A stretch of 64,000 bases of DNA from a bacterium (GTDB taxonomy: Bacteria; Patescibacteriota; Minisyncoccia; Phycocordibacterales; UBA2100). The notes beneath the pieces were generated by a model, which saw nothing but the letters and a program-made list of their open reading frames with translations, was not told where the DNA came from and searched no databases. Both the position numbers and the translations under genes were made by a program. The DNA lies in assembly GCA_009924895.1 (NCBI GenBank), contig RFQR01000005.1:3710-67709 (forward strand). The letters run 5' to 3'. How positions within the stretch are numbered: position 1 is the first letter of the stretch; every line of letters starts with the position of its first letter. Shown here in pieces: positions 7,121-17,304 of the stretch.

Positions 7121-8039
7121 GATGCCAGCAGGGCATCACCCTAAGACACCCATGGTGTTCGGGCATACAACCGTTCTTTTACATGAAGCTATAGAATTTC
7201 TTGCACTGAAAGACGACGATGTGGTGGTTGATGCCACACTCGGCGGAGCAGGGCATAGTGCCCTGATTGCACAAAAACTTTCAAAATCAGGAATGCTTAT
7301 TGGGATTGATGCTGATAGGGAAGCGATAGCGCGGGGGGAACATATGCTTGCATCTGTTGCGCCGCGCGTTGTATTACTTGAAGGCAATTTTCGCAACATG
7401 CGGCAGCTCCTTGCACAAAACGGTATCACTCAGATAACAAAAATACTTTTTGACCTCGGATGGAGTGGGTTCCAGCTTACCGCAAACCGAGGATTCTCGT
7501 TTCTTGCCGATGAGCCGCTTGCAATGACGTATGCCGCTGAGAGTACCGGACTAACCGCAGAGAAAATCGTCAATACCTGGGAAGAATCATCACTTGCCGA
7601 TGTAATTTGGGGCTGGGGAGAAGAGCGGTATGCAAAACGAATCGCACAAGCGATTGTCGAACGCCGAGAAAAGCAGCCGTTTTTGAAGTCACGCGACCTC
7701 GCAGAAGTCGTCAAAAATAGCGTACCTGCTTCGTATCGTTTTGGTAGACTTCATCCGGCAACAAAAACTTTCCAGGCGCTGCGTATTGCAGTCAACGATG
7801 AGTTGGGTGCACTTGAAACGGGCCTCAGTGATGCGTGGGGGATGCTTCCCGTTGGAGGCAGGATTGCGGTCATAACATTCCACTCGATTGAGGACCGCCT
7901 CGTGAAGCAATGGATGAAAGCCCGCAAAGACGGTAGGCTCATAGAGAAAAAAGTAGTTACTCCTTCAGAACAAGAAATTCTAGAGAACCCGCGCTCTCGC
8001 AGCGCAAAGCTTCGTGGTATTGAAAAAATTTCAGTATGA
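7089..8039 (+). CDS. rsmH: 16S rRNA (cytosine1402-N4)-methyltransferase RsmH (MraW)
   Basis: SAM-binding DATLGGAGHS motif and VLLHEAIEFL near the N-terminus. The likely true start is the ATG at 7152 (MVFGHTTVLL), downstream of the intergenic hairpin. Confidence 0.85.
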   Translation: MRTRQFSSNNPMPAGHHPKTPMVFGHTTVLLHEAIEFLALKDDDVVVDATLGGAGHSALIAQKLSKSGMLIGIDADREAIARGEHMLASVAPRVVLLEGNFRNMRQLLAQNGITQITKILFDLGWSGFQLTANRGFSFLADEPLAMTYAAESTGLTAEKIVNTWEESSLADVIWGWGEERYAKRIAQAIVERREKQPFLKSRDLAEVVKNSVPASYRFGRLHPATKTFQALRIAVNDELGALETGLSDAWGMLPVGGRIAVITFHSIEDRLVKQWMKARKDGRLIEKKVVTPSEQEILENPRSRSAKLRGIEKISV

Positions 8040-8377
8040 AAAACATCTGTTACAACCCAACTTGGATCGCAACAACGGAACACCCGTACGAGCATTATAC
8101 GCGCTCGATTCTTTTTGCCGTGCTTATGCTGGGGGCATTAGTCTACCTGTATTTCATCAGCGCATCTGTTGTTAATCTTATGGCGCGTCGCGAGGCGCAC
8201 GTTCTCTCACTGCAGACCAGTTCTCAAGTGAGTGAACTTGAAGCACGGTATCTTGCACTCACAAACTCGCTTTCACAAGAAGAAGGTGAGGCGCTTGGAC
8301 TTCGTGCGCTTGAACCCGTTGCCTATGTTCGTGCCTCAGCGCCGACTGCGTTTGCACAAGCGCCGACCGCGTTTTAG
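8036..8377 (+). CDS. ftsL: cell division protein FtsL-like (small bitopic membrane protein with coiled-coil)
   Basis: Position between rsmH and ftsI, a single TM helix followed by a heptad-like region, and an ATGA overlap with rsmH. Confidence 0.6.
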   Translation: MKNICYNPTWIATTEHPYEHYTRSILFAVLMLGALVYLYFISASVVNLMARREAHVLSLQTSSQVSELEARYLALTNSLSQEEGEALGLRALEPVAYVRASAPTAFAQAPTAF

Positions 8378-8386
8378 TCTTGTGCC

Positions 8387-10108
8387 ATGAAAAAAGGCGC
8401 ACTCAATGCATCAACACGTATCCGTGTCTTGTCAGCCTGCTTTTGCGTGTGCGCGCTTCTTCTCGTAGTACGACTCTATTTTGTACAGTTCGTCCACGGC
8501 TCGGATTATCGCGCCGAAGCATCGTCGCAGTATATAAGCAGTAGTAGCGAAGACCATAACCGCGCTGATATTTATTTTACGAGCAAGGACGGATCGTTCC
8601 TTGCCGCCGCAACAGAAAAAAACGGATGGATTATCGCGATTAAGCCGAAAGAAATAGAGGACCCGCGCGCACTCCTTCGCACGATACAGTCAGTCGTTGC
8701 GGTTGATGAAGAGCGCTTTCTTGCGAGCGCAGCAAAAAAGGCAGATCCGTATGAGGAAGTGGCGTTTAAACTTACCGATACAGAGGCGGCGGCTCTGCGA
8801 GCTTTAAAACTTACGGGCGTTACCTTGGTGCGCCATACCTGGCGTTCGTATCCAGGAGCATCCCTTGGAGCGCATGTGGTCGGCTTTGTTGGCTATCGGG
8901 GTGATCATAAAGAAGGGGTCTACGGTCTTGAACGATACTGGAACGATTCGCTCCAAGGAAATAGCGATGGTTTGTACGTCAATCCATTTGCAGAAATTTT
9001 TGCTAATATCGGCTCGCTAATTTCTGATCCGCGTGAAGAACATGGGAGCATTATCACCACAATAGAGCCGACGGTACAGGCACAACTTGAACGCACACTT
9101 GAGGGTATTATGCGTTCTTTCACCCCTAAGACTGTTGGCGGTATCATCATGGACCCGCACACTGGTGAAATCATTGCTCTGGGCGTGGTGCCGGATTTTG
9201 ATCCGAACACATATAACCTCGTATCTGATCCCGAAACATTTACAAATCCTCTGGTTGAGCGCGTATATGAATTAGGTTCGATTATGAAGCCACTCACTAT
9301 GGCCGCAGCAATAGATGCAGGAGCAGTCACGCCTGCAACCACATACAATGATACTGGCTCAATCATGCGTTCCGGATTTACAATTTCCAACTTTGATGGG
9401 AAGGGCCGCGGTGTTGTCGATATGCAAGAGGTGTTGAATCAGTCACTTAATACCGGAGCCACATTCGCTGCAGAAAAAATGGGACATACCGCTTTTACCA
9501 AGTATGTAAAAGCATATGGGCTCGGAACAGAAACGGGAATAGATTTACCCGGCGAAGTGTCTGGCAAAATCGGCAACTTGGACCGAGGTGCGGATGTCGA
9601 CTATGCCTCAGCATCCTTTGGGCAAAGTATTGCACTGACCCCAATTGCCATGGTGCGCGCGCTTGCAAGCCTCGGAAACGGTGGAGTTCTCCCACAGCCG
9701 CATGTGGCGCGTGCAATCAGGTATGACACCGGTGTGACGCGTTCGATTGCGCCCGTCGACGAGGCGGTCCGGGTCCTTAAACCCGAGACATCTGAAACCA
9801 TTTCTGGAATGCTTGCAACCGTCTTTGACAAAGCGCTTTTAAACGGCGAATTGCGCCAAGAGCACTATTCGATGGCTGCTAAAACAGGTACGGCGCAGAT
9901 TGCCCTTGCGCGTGGCGGAGGGTACTATGATGATCGCTACCTTCATTCGTTTTTTGGATACTTTCCGGCACATAGCCCGAAGTATATTATTTTCCTATAC
10001 GCGCTTGAGCCGCATGGAGAAAAATATGCATCGCACACACTTGCACGGCCGTACCTTGAACTTGCGAAGTTTTTGATAAATTATTACAACATCCCTCCTG
10101 ACAGATAG
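8387..10108 (+). CDS. ftsI: penicillin-binding transpeptidase FtsI (PBP3-like)
   Basis: SxxK (GSIMKP), SxN (SLNT) and KTG (KTGTA) motifs, an N-terminal TM helix, and dcw context. Confidence 0.85.
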   Translation: MKKGALNASTRIRVLSACFCVCALLLVVRLYFVQFVHGSDYRAEASSQYISSSSEDHNRADIYFTSKDGSFLAAATEKNGWIIAIKPKEIEDPRALLRTIQSVVAVDEERFLASAAKKADPYEEVAFKLTDTEAAALRALKLTGVTLVRHTWRSYPGASLGAHVVGFVGYRGDHKEGVYGLERYWNDSLQGNSDGLYVNPFAEIFANIGSLISDPREEHGSIITTIEPTVQAQLERTLEGIMRSFTPKTVGGIIMDPHTGEIIALGVVPDFDPNTYNLVSDPETFTNPLVERVYELGSIMKPLTMAAAIDAGAVTPATTYNDTGSIMRSGFTISNFDGKGRGVVDMQEVLNQSLNTGATFAAEKMGHTAFTKYVKAYGLGTETGIDLPGEVSGKIGNLDRGADVDYASASFGQSIALTPIAMVRALASLGNGGVLPQPHVARAIRYDTGVTRSIAPVDEAVRVLKPETSETISGMLATVFDKALLNGELRQEHYSMAAKTGTAQIALARGGGYYDDRYLHSFFGYFPAHSPKYIIFLYALEPHGEKYASHTLARPYLELAKFLINYYNIPPDR

Positions 10109-10114
10109 AGCCGC

Positions 10115-11434
10115 GTGACGAGAGTATATGAAGACAAAAACACAATGCAATTCTTGAAGTACATAGTAGTACAGATACTCACGTGGGAGGCGCGGCTTTT
10201 ACTTCTGCAAAAAAAGCCAAAGATCATTGCCATAACGGGCAGCGTGGGTAAAACCACAACAAAAGATGCAATTTTTGCAGTTGTCACGAGTGCCTTTCAT
10301 GCGCGAAAGAGCGAAAAAAGTTTTAACAGTGAATTTGGTGTACCGCTTACTATTTTAGGGCTCGACACCGCGTGGGGAAGTGCGTGGGGGTGGCTGCACA
10401 ACGTGTGTATCGGCGCATATCGCGCGCTCGTGCCTGGCGCCTATCCGGCGTATCTTGTTCTTGAGATCGGAGCCGACCATCCCGGCGATATTTCAAACGT
10501 TGCTCGGTGGCTTAAACCTGACATTGCGGTCATAACAGCGCTTCCGGAAATACCGGTGCATGTCGAGTACTTTGATTCGCCTGAGGCCGTTGTACGAGAA
10601 AAACTCTCACTCTTTTCGTATCTGAAGAACGGCGGCGCTATCGTCATAAATAGTGATGATGAACGCTTGCGCACGGCGGTCAAGAAATTAGCACATGTCT
10701 ACAGCTATGGCTTTGAAGAAGGCGCCTTAGTGCATGCTCATGATGAAGGGGTGCGGTACGAGCACGGGAAACCGTCTGGCATGCACATGCGTCTTGACGT
10801 TTTGGGCTCGTCCGTGCCGGTAGTCATGAATGGCGCTCTCGGCAGACCGCGGCTCTATGCTGCGCTCGCTGCGCTTACTGTTGCTCAGATACTTGATATT
10901 GACTGGATACAGGCGAGCCAGGCGCTCCAAGAGCTGCCCCCAACGCCGGGTCGTATGCGACTTCTCCCGGGTGTGAATGGTTCTACTATCATTGATGATT
11001 CGTACAATTCTTCTCCTATTGCGGTTGCTTCCGCACTCGAAACCCTGTATCAACTGAACGCATCAGGCAGGAAGGTGGCGATTTTGGGAGACATGCGTGA
11101 ACTTGGTTCGTACAGCGCCGCGGCACACAGGAAAGCCGGAGAACTAGCGGCCAACGTGGATCTCTTGGTTACACTCGGAGTTGAATCTCGCGTACTTGCA
11201 GAAGCTGCGAAGAAAGCAGGACTTCCCGAGAAGCGATTGCGCATCTATGGATACGAAGAAAGCGAGCAGTTAGGAAAAGATCTTGCCCCTCATCTGAAAG
11301 AGGGGGATATAGTGCTTGTTAAGGGCTCACAAAACCGTATTCGCCTCGAGCGAGCTGTCCGAGAATTGATGGTGGAACCTGAGAAAGCGAAAGAATTACT
11401 GGTGAGACAGGATGAGGAGTGGGTAAAAAGATGA
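10115..11434 (+). CDS. murF: UDP-N-acetylmuramoyl-tripeptide--D-alanyl-D-alanine ligase MurF
   Basis: Mur ligase P-loop ITGSVGKTTTKD and the MurF-type NSEFGVPLTIL motif. 439 aa. Confidence 0.8.
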   Translation: MTRVYEDKNTMQFLKYIVVQILTWEARLLLLQKKPKIIAITGSVGKTTTKDAIFAVVTSAFHARKSEKSFNSEFGVPLTILGLDTAWGSAWGWLHNVCIGAYRALVPGAYPAYLVLEIGADHPGDISNVARWLKPDIAVITALPEIPVHVEYFDSPEAVVREKLSLFSYLKNGGAIVINSDDERLRTAVKKLAHVYSYGFEEGALVHAHDEGVRYEHGKPSGMHMRLDVLGSSVPVVMNGALGRPRLYAALAALTVAQILDIDWIQASQALQELPPTPGRMRLLPGVNGSTIIDDSYNSSPIAVASALETLYQLNASGRKVAILGDMRELGSYSAAAHRKAGELAANVDLLVTLGVESRVLAEAAKKAGLPEKRLRIYGYEESEQLGKDLAPHLKEGDIVLVKGSQNRIRLERAVRELMVEPEKAKELLVRQDEEWVKR

Positions 11435-11435
11435 T

Positions 11436-12236
11436 ATGAAATTTTTGAAAAGAAATTGGCTTGATATGGGAATGGTGATTGCAATTACTGCGATCGCTGG
11501 TCTCCTGGGGCACTCTGGTTTTTTTGACAACTTGAAACCTTACACTGCCTTTGCGTTTACGTTTGCGTACTTTGGACTCCCGTCCCTCTATTTGTTGTTT
11601 AGAAAGCCAGACAACGCAAAAAGTGGGTTGATAGGGGGGGTAGTCGTTGGACTCCTGCTTGGTCTTCCGTTTGATTTCGTTGCCACATTTGCGCATGCGT
11701 GGGTTTTTAATCCCGAGTTTCTTCGATTTCCGCACAGCATTTTTGGGGTTGCTCATCTTGATGAAGTCATCTGGTTTTTCTTTTGGGCAGCGTTTGCAAT
11801 TATTTTTTACGAACACTTTTTCGAGCACCATAAAAAATGGCGGGTATCAAAGCATGTGCATGTTCTGGTTGTATTCGGTATAGCAGTCAATGTAGTCGTC
11901 TTTGGCATATTTTTTATGAATGCTCCACTTCTCATGTTGCCGTACGCGTATTTAATACTCGGTCTTTGTGCTACCGCTCCTATCGTTGTCGCCCTTTTCT
12001 TACATCCACGACTGCTGTATAAGATGGTATATCTCTCACTATTTTTTGTACCCGCGTACTTCTTTTTTGAGTACATAGCACTTGGACACGCATGGTGGGT
12101 TTTCAATGGTCAATACATTGGCGGAGGATTTCTTGAGGCAAACTACTTGCCGCTTGAAGAAATACTTTTTTGGATTATCCTCGGCGCCGCTACTGTTGTC
12201 GCATATCACGAACTTTTTCTTGACGACGGAAAATAG
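11436..12236 (+). CDS. lycopene cyclase domain (CrtYcd-like) polytopic membrane protein
   Basis: Two repeats carrying the PLEE / DE(V/I)xWFF charged motif of lycopene-cyclase-domain proteins, with about 7 TM segments. The start is 2 nt after the murF stop. Confidence 0.45.
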   Translation: MKFLKRNWLDMGMVIAITAIAGLLGHSGFFDNLKPYTAFAFTFAYFGLPSLYLLFRKPDNAKSGLIGGVVVGLLLGLPFDFVATFAHAWVFNPEFLRFPHSIFGVAHLDEVIWFFFWAAFAIIFYEHFFEHHKKWRVSKHVHVLVVFGIAVNVVVFGIFFMNAPLLMLPYAYLILGLCATAPIVVALFLHPRLLYKMVYLSLFFVPAYFFFEYIALGHAWWVFNGQYIGGGFLEANYLPLEEILFWIILGAATVVAYHELFLDDGK

Positions 12237-12273
12237 CTTTGCCAATGCAAAACTTGTGCGATAATACTCACAC

Positions 12274-13545
12274 ATGTCGCTGGGTACTCTTCTTAAATCA
12301 CTCTCATGGAGCGCGCTGGGTGCTCTTCTCGTTGTACAGCTAGGAGTTTTGGCGGGCGGCTACGCGCTCGGTGTCCGCGGAATGTTTATTCACCACGTGC
12401 CGGAAATTGCACTGCATGCCGTAGGAGCAGAGAAGCCGCCGGAAGGAGTTGATTTCACCGCGGTGTGGAAAGCGTGGAGACTTATCGACGAGCGATTCGT
12501 GCCCGCAGCATTTTCTTCGTCATCACCTGACCGTGCTACTACCACAGAAGGGAAGACAAATGAACGCATCTGGGGCATGACACAAGGCCTCGCATCATCC
12601 CTTGGCGATCCGTACACCTTCTTCTTGCCGCCACAAGAAAACACAGCGTTTAGTCAGGAACTGCAGGGAAGTTTTGAAGGAGTGGGAATGGAAATTGCCG
12701 TTCGCGATAGCGTGCTCACAGTTGTCTCACCGCTCAAGGGAACGCCGGCTAAAAAAGCGGGTATAAAAGCGGGCGACAAGATTTTTAAGATTGACGCACT
12801 CGAAACAAAAGGAATGGATGTCGGAACTGCGGTAAAACATATCCGTGGACCAAAAGGAACCAAAGTGAAGCTCCTTATGCTTCGCGATGGGTGGCAGAGC
12901 ACGAAAGAGGTATCCGTAGTGCGTGATGTGATAAACGTGCCGATCGTCACGACCAAAAAGCAGGATGGAGTGTTTATTATCACCGTATCGAGCTTTACTA
13001 AGAATTCGCCCGAGCTCTTTAAAAATGCGCTTCGAGAATTTACAAAGGCGGGTACCACTAAACTTATTCTCGACCTGCGCAGTAATCCGGGCGGATATCT
13101 CGAGGCAGCGGTTGATATGGCAAGTTGGTTTCTGCCAGAAGGGAAGATGGTAGTAACGGAAGATTATGCGGGACACAAAGAAAATGTAGTGCACCGCAGC
13201 CGCGGGTACAATATATTCAATACTAATTTGAACATGATCATTCTTGTTGATAAGGGGTCGGCTTCTGCATCTGAGATTTTGGCGGGAGCGCTTCACGACT
13301 ACAAGATTGCACGCCTTGTTGGTACCCAGACGTTTGGCAAAGGATCTGTGCAGGAGCTCGTTGATATCACGTCTGACACTGCGCTCAAAGTCACCGTTGC
13401 CCGTTGGATTATGCCTGATGGCTACAATATTACCGGGGAAGGTATTGCGCCTGATGTGGAAGTGAAACCGAGCGATGAAGACCTGAAAAAAGCAAACGAC
13501 GTCCAGCTCAAGAAAGCGATTGAGCTTTTGAACAGTCAGAAGTAG
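12274..13545 (+). CDS. ctpA: carboxyl-terminal processing protease (S41 family, PDZ domain)
   Basis: DLRSNPGG, GSASASEI and TFGKG motifs, an N-terminal TM/signal region and a PDZ-like segment. Confidence 0.85.
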   Translation: MSLGTLLKSLSWSALGALLVVQLGVLAGGYALGVRGMFIHHVPEIALHAVGAEKPPEGVDFTAVWKAWRLIDERFVPAAFSSSSPDRATTTEGKTNERIWGMTQGLASSLGDPYTFFLPPQENTAFSQELQGSFEGVGMEIAVRDSVLTVVSPLKGTPAKKAGIKAGDKIFKIDALETKGMDVGTAVKHIRGPKGTKVKLLMLRDGWQSTKEVSVVRDVINVPIVTTKKQDGVFIITVSSFTKNSPELFKNALREFTKAGTTKLILDLRSNPGGYLEAAVDMASWFLPEGKMVVTEDYAGHKENVVHRSRGYNIFNTNLNMIILVDKGSASASEILAGALHDYKIARLVGTQTFGKGSVQELVDITSDTALKVTVARWIMPDGYNITGEGIAPDVEVKPSDEDLKKANDVQLKKAIELLNSQK

Positions 13546-13554
13546 AATGAGGTA

Positions 13555-14007
13555 ATGAAAGTCATATTCTTGCGTGATGTAAAAGGGGTCGGGCAAAAAG
13601 GGACGGTAAAAGAAGTTACCGACGGGTATGCCATGAATGCCCTTATCGCAAAAGGTTTTGCGGTACAAGCTACACCAGAAAAACTCAAAGAGTTTGAAAA
13701 ACAACAGCAGGCTGATAAAGCGCAGCACCAAATGCGGGAAGCCATGGCAGAGAGCCTTGCTAAGCGCATAAATGGCGCACAGGTACACTTAAAAGTGGGA
13801 GCAAACGAAAAGGGCCACCTCTACCAAAAGCTCTCGCCTGAGATGGTCACACAGGCTCTGTCAGAACAACTCAAGGAAACAATTAGCACCGAATCAATTT
13901 CTATTGAAAAACCCATTCAAGAAGTGGGCGAGTATCAGATAGAAATAAAGCTCGAGCGCTCTCGTGCTTTGATTTCGTTGAACGTTGAAAGAAATAAAGA
14001 AGCCTAG
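13555..14007 (+). CDS. rplI: 50S ribosomal protein L9
   Basis: N-terminal [21 protein letters not shown] is the L9 signature. 150 aa. Confidence 0.9.
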   Translation: MKVIFLRDVKGVGQKGTVKEVTDGYAMNALIAKGFAVQATPEKLKEFEKQQQADKAQHQMREAMAESLAKRINGAQVHLKVGANEKGHLYQKLSPEMVTQALSEQLKETISTESISIEKPIQEVGEYQIEIKLERSRALISLNVERNKEA

Positions 14008-14276
14008 AGAACGTCGACAACAGCACGAGTAGAAGTGGTACCGTCGAAATTTGCCTTGCGAGCAGAGCGGAACTTAACTGTGCCACTTTTCATTGCGAAG
14101 ATAGTGTGATCCTTACCGATACCAACGTTTTTACCAACACGAATGACGGTACCACGCTGACGGACGATGATTTCGCCCACGGCTACTTTGGTGCCATCAG
14201 CACGCTTCACACCCAAATATTTTGGATTTGAATCACGTAGGTTTTTTGTTGTTCCACCGGCTTTTGTTGTTGCCAT
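14004..14276 (-). CDS. rpmA: 50S ribosomal protein L27
   Basis: N-terminal [25 protein letters not shown] matches the conserved L27 N-terminus. Convergent with rplI, with overlapping stop codons. Confidence 0.9.
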   Translation of the reverse strand: MATTKAGGTTKNLRDSNPKYLGVKRADGTKVAVGEIIVRQRGTVIRVGKNVGIGKDHTIFAMKSGTVKFRSARKANFDGTTSTRAVVDVL

Positions 14277-14295
14277 ATTGGGTAGGTATTAGAAA

Positions 14296-14312
14296 TTAGC
14301 CACTAGGGTATA
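14296..14312 (-). promoter_or_regulatory. putative promoter element CCCTAGTGGCTAATT upstream of rpmA (recurring motif)
   Basis: The same CCCTAGTGGCTA(A/T)T motif occurs 10-25 nt upstream of the murG and glmS starts. It resembles an extended -10 (TGnTAAT). Confidence 0.4.
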
Positions 14313-14329
14313 GGGAGAATCCGTATACA

Positions 14330-14725
14330 ATGATGACGATGAATACTATACACGAATTCTATCTCAATATCAAGCTCTGGCTTGATAAAAACGCCCACGA
14401 CATCGGCTTGCCCCTCATAATCATCCTCGTAGGGCTTATTTCCTTCATTTTAGGTCAATTTTCGGTCAAAAGCGAGGTTGGACAGGAGGTTCGGATTTGC
14501 GATGCCCCGGTGGATTATTCACGTCCTATACGCCCCGGTGGCTATGTGGTGGGGAAGGTGGGCGGACAAGTATATTATCTGCCATGGTGTCCCGGAGCTC
14601 AAAAAATAGCACCAGAGCAGGCGGTGTGGTTTAAGGATGAGCAATCGGCACAAAATGCTGGGTATAGGCCTGCAAAGGGGTGCAAGGGCCTCAGTGGAGC
14701 GGGAGAGACAAACCAGGTACAATAG
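14330..14725 (+). CDS. membrane-anchored protein with a C-terminal Ada-N-terminal-like (sunset-type) metal-binding domain
   Basis: N-terminal TM helix. The C-terminal YYLPWCPGAQKI...VWFKDEQSAQNAGYRPAKGC resembles the Ada Zn-binding pattern (NVxFF..EA..AGYRPCK.C). Confidence 0.4.
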   Translation: MMTMNTIHEFYLNIKLWLDKNAHDIGLPLIIILVGLISFILGQFSVKSEVGQEVRICDAPVDYSRPIRPGGYVVGKVGGQVYYLPWCPGAQKIAPEQAVWFKDEQSAQNAGYRPAKGCKGLSGAGETNQVQ

Positions 14726-14730
14726 TCGTT

Positions 14731-15330
14731 ATGCTTGTTGTTGACGTTGAAGCCTCGGGAACAGAAGCTCATAAGCACTCTATTGTAAGTGTGGGGGCTT
14801 TAGATTTAATGAATCCAACAAACCGTTTGTATGAAGAATGTCGTATCTGGGACGGCGCGCATGTGATGGATGGCGCGCTTCAAGTGAATGGTTTTACGAT
14901 GGAGCAAATCACTGACTCAAAAAAGCAAACAGAAGCTGATCTTGTGCGACGCTTTTTAGACTGGAGCCAAGGAGTAGGCGAGAGGACTCTTGCGGGACAA
15001 AATGTTTCCTTTGATCGAGACTTTTTGAAATATGCTTCAGAGCGTGCGGGGCACACTGACTGGACGTTTGCCTATCGCACGGTTGATACGCACACGCTCT
15101 GTTACATGCATATGATAGAGCGGGGAATGCAACCACCAATTCATCCTAAGAACAAGCACTCTGCACTCAATCTCGATGCGGTTCTCAATTACTGTGGTAT
15201 TCCAAGTGAGCCCGATCCACATAATGCGCTTACCGGAGCGCTTTCACATGCAGAAGTTATTTCTCGACTTTTGTTCGGACGAAAACTACTCCCAGAGTTT
15301 CAACAGTATGCGATTCCGTGGAAGTCATGA
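14731..15330 (+). CDS. DEDDh 3'-5' exonuclease (DnaQ/RNase T-like)
   Basis: Exo I motif VVDVEASG, Exo II QNVSFDRDFL and Exo III HNALTGALSHAE. Track ORF starts at 14680. The ATG at 14731 immediately follows the upstream stop. Confidence 0.7.
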   Translation: MLVVDVEASGTEAHKHSIVSVGALDLMNPTNRLYEECRIWDGAHVMDGALQVNGFTMEQITDSKKQTEADLVRRFLDWSQGVGERTLAGQNVSFDRDFLKYASERAGHTDWTFAYRTVDTHTLCYMHMIERGMQPPIHPKNKHSALNLDAVLNYCGIPSEPDPHNALTGALSHAEVISRLLFGRKLLPEFQQYAIPWKS

Positions 15331-15719
15331 CACCTTATGATTTTGAGCAAAAAGTTGCTGTGGGTATAGAAGTACTGCCACAGCGAGTGCGAGAAAGAAT
15401 GAAAAATGTTGTAGTTTTGATTGAAGATGAACCAAGCGCTGAAGATCGAAAGCAAAATCATTTGCATAAAGATGAAACGCTGTTAGGGCTTTATAAAGGC
15501 ATACCACTCTCACAAAGGGGAAGCGGGTATGGGATTGGCATGACAATGCCCGATTCAATCACGCTGTACCGGAAGCCCATACTTGAGACGGCAGAAGAAA
15601 GAAAAGTTTCGGTCGAGAAAATAATTTCAGAAACAATACTGCATGAGTTTGCACATTTTCTTGGAATGAACGAAGAAGAAGTGAGGGCGTGGGAGGCCAG
15701 ACACCACCAAAGGGAATAG
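15318..15719 (+). CDS. zincin-like metallopeptidase family protein (HExxH; DUF1025-like)
   Basis: HEFAHF zinc-binding motif near the C-terminus, about 130 aa. The start overlaps the upstream stop. Confidence 0.5.
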   Translation: MEVMTPYDFEQKVAVGIEVLPQRVRERMKNVVVLIEDEPSAEDRKQNHLHKDETLLGLYKGIPLSQRGSGYGIGMTMPDSITLYRKPILETAEERKVSVEKIISETILHEFAHFLGMNEEEVRAWEARHHQRE

Positions 15720-15735
15720 GACTTTCCCCTCTAGG

Positions 15736-15771
15736 CTATACGTCGCACAATATATCTTTTGCGACGTATAG
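15736..15771 (+). terminator. perfect 12-bp hairpin (CTATACGTCGCA / TGCGACGTATAG) 3' of the peptidase gene; no clear U-tract
   Basis: Read directly. It lies in a roughly 300-nt AT-rich non-coding region. Confidence 0.3.
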
Positions 15772-15980
15772 AGTATGGCTATTACCGTCCCAAGTGTACT
15801 TTTTACAGTTCGTCCAAAAAAGCTGACTATGCTACATTCCTCAATCTCTCATCGCACAGCTGCCCCCGTTCTAGCATCTTTGTGTATTCGATATCTATTT
15901 CCCCTTGTTTTTGATCTAGCATCGATTTGTTCATCTGTATTTTTTATAGAAATCGCTTAAGCATTTATAGGGTTTTCTCA

Positions 15981-16025
15981 GGAAAAAAGAGCCGAGATAT
16001 CAATCAAAATAACGATATCTCGGCT
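15981..16025 (-). terminator. intrinsic terminator of the M23 peptidase gene (hairpin GAGCCGAGATATC/GATATCTCGGCT followed by TTTTTTCC on the minus strand)
   Basis: Read directly. The hairpin includes the stop codon. Confidence 0.6.
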
Positions 16026-17304
16026 ATTTTGCTGGTAGGTAGTCAATTGGATTGAGATATGCACCTACCGGGGCAATAGGTATGACCGCGTTACCACATG
16101 CGGTTGATTTCCCTGTTGCATCTTTCAGACGAACGACTTTGACACCATCTGATGCATAAACGCCAAAATGGAGATGAGGACCGGTAGCGTAGCCCGTTGC
16201 GCCGGAGTATCCGATAACATCGCCTGTGTAGATTTGTGTTCCTTCTGAGACAGAGATTTGTGACAAGTGTGCGTAGAGCGTGCTGAGACCATTTGGGTGC
16301 TTTATAAGCACCCATTTTCCATACGAGTAGCAACCAGCAACCGCATCTGAGTTACCAGTTCCTGTTATTGTTCCTGAGAGCGCTGCTTTGATCGGGGTAC
16401 CGATAGTGGCGCGCAGATCAATCCCGTTATGTCCTTTTCCATTGTAGGCTCCCGATTTTGCAAAGGCGGTATTTCCAAAATACTGTGTGACCCCAACCTT
16501 GTCTATCGGCCATGAGAGTACGCCTTTCCCTGCGGCGGGAATCAGTGATGTATCAAGAACATATTTCAACTTCGTTTCCAAATCTTCGAGCGCTTTTTCA
16601 AAATTTGCTTTTGCTGTTCGTTTGTCAGTTAGTATTTTTTGATACGAAGACTCTTGCGATTTGGTTCTTGCGAGGAGCGCTTTTTGTTCATTTGTTGCAA
16701 TAATGAGTGATTGTTCTTGCTGTGCAAGCGCGCGCTGCTCAACGAGGAGTTCTTTCCGCTTCCCTTCAATTACGGTTTTATTATCAGTGAGCGATTGCTT
16801 TATCTCATCTAATTTAACAATGTGCGCTTGTATCGCATCATGAAAATTTTCGAGCTGGTCGGAATCGTTCCATAATTCGCTGAGCGAGCGACCGCTGAGG
16901 AGTGATTCAGCAAAAGATGCTGATTCCGAGGCATGGAGCTCATAGAGAGTATATGCGAGCGAACCGCGATCTTGGGCTATTAGGTTTTCCTTATTTGTGA
17001 TGCCAAGTTGCAAAACACGTATCTGCTGTTCGGTATCAGCAATCTTACTTTTAGTAAGGTTAATCTGCGCGGTAAGCTGTTTACGCGTGATATCAATAAC
17101 CGCAAGCGTGTTTTGCAGAGTTTGCTTCTTAGTCCCTAGTGACTCGAGCTGTGCCTGGTAGGTGGCGATCTCTCTGTTCAGTGCATCGATTTTCGCGCTC
17201 TGATCATTTATTTTCGAACGAAGCTCATCGGCAGTATCAGCGATGACGCTTCCCGCAAAAAGCACTGCACACACTACGACGCCAAGTACCACCCCCTTAC
17301 GCAT
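16024..17304 (-). CDS. M23-family murein endopeptidase with N-terminal coiled-coil (EnvC-like)
   Basis: C-terminal LytM motifs HNGIDL and GPHLHFGV. The long Q/E/L-rich coiled-coil N-terminal region follows a signal/TM segment. Confidence 0.8.
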   Translation of the reverse strand: MRKGVVLGVVVCAVLFAGSVIADTADELRSKINDQSAKIDALNREIATYQAQLESLGTKKQTLQNTLAVIDITRKQLTAQINLTKSKIADTEQQIRVLQLGITNKENLIAQDRGSLAYTLYELHASESASFAESLLSGRSLSELWNDSDQLENFHDAIQAHIVKLDEIKQSLTDNKTVIEGKRKELLVEQRALAQQEQSLIIATNEQKALLARTKSQESSYQKILTDKRTAKANFEKALEDLETKLKYVLDTSLIPAAGKGVLSWPIDKVGVTQYFGNTAFAKSGAYNGKGHNGIDLRATIGTPIKAALSGTITGTGNSDAVAGCYSYGKWVLIKHPNGLSTLYAHLSQISVSEGTQIYTGDVIGYSGATGYATGPHLHFGVYASDGVKVVRLKDATGKSTACGNAVIPIAPVGAYLNPIDYLPAK

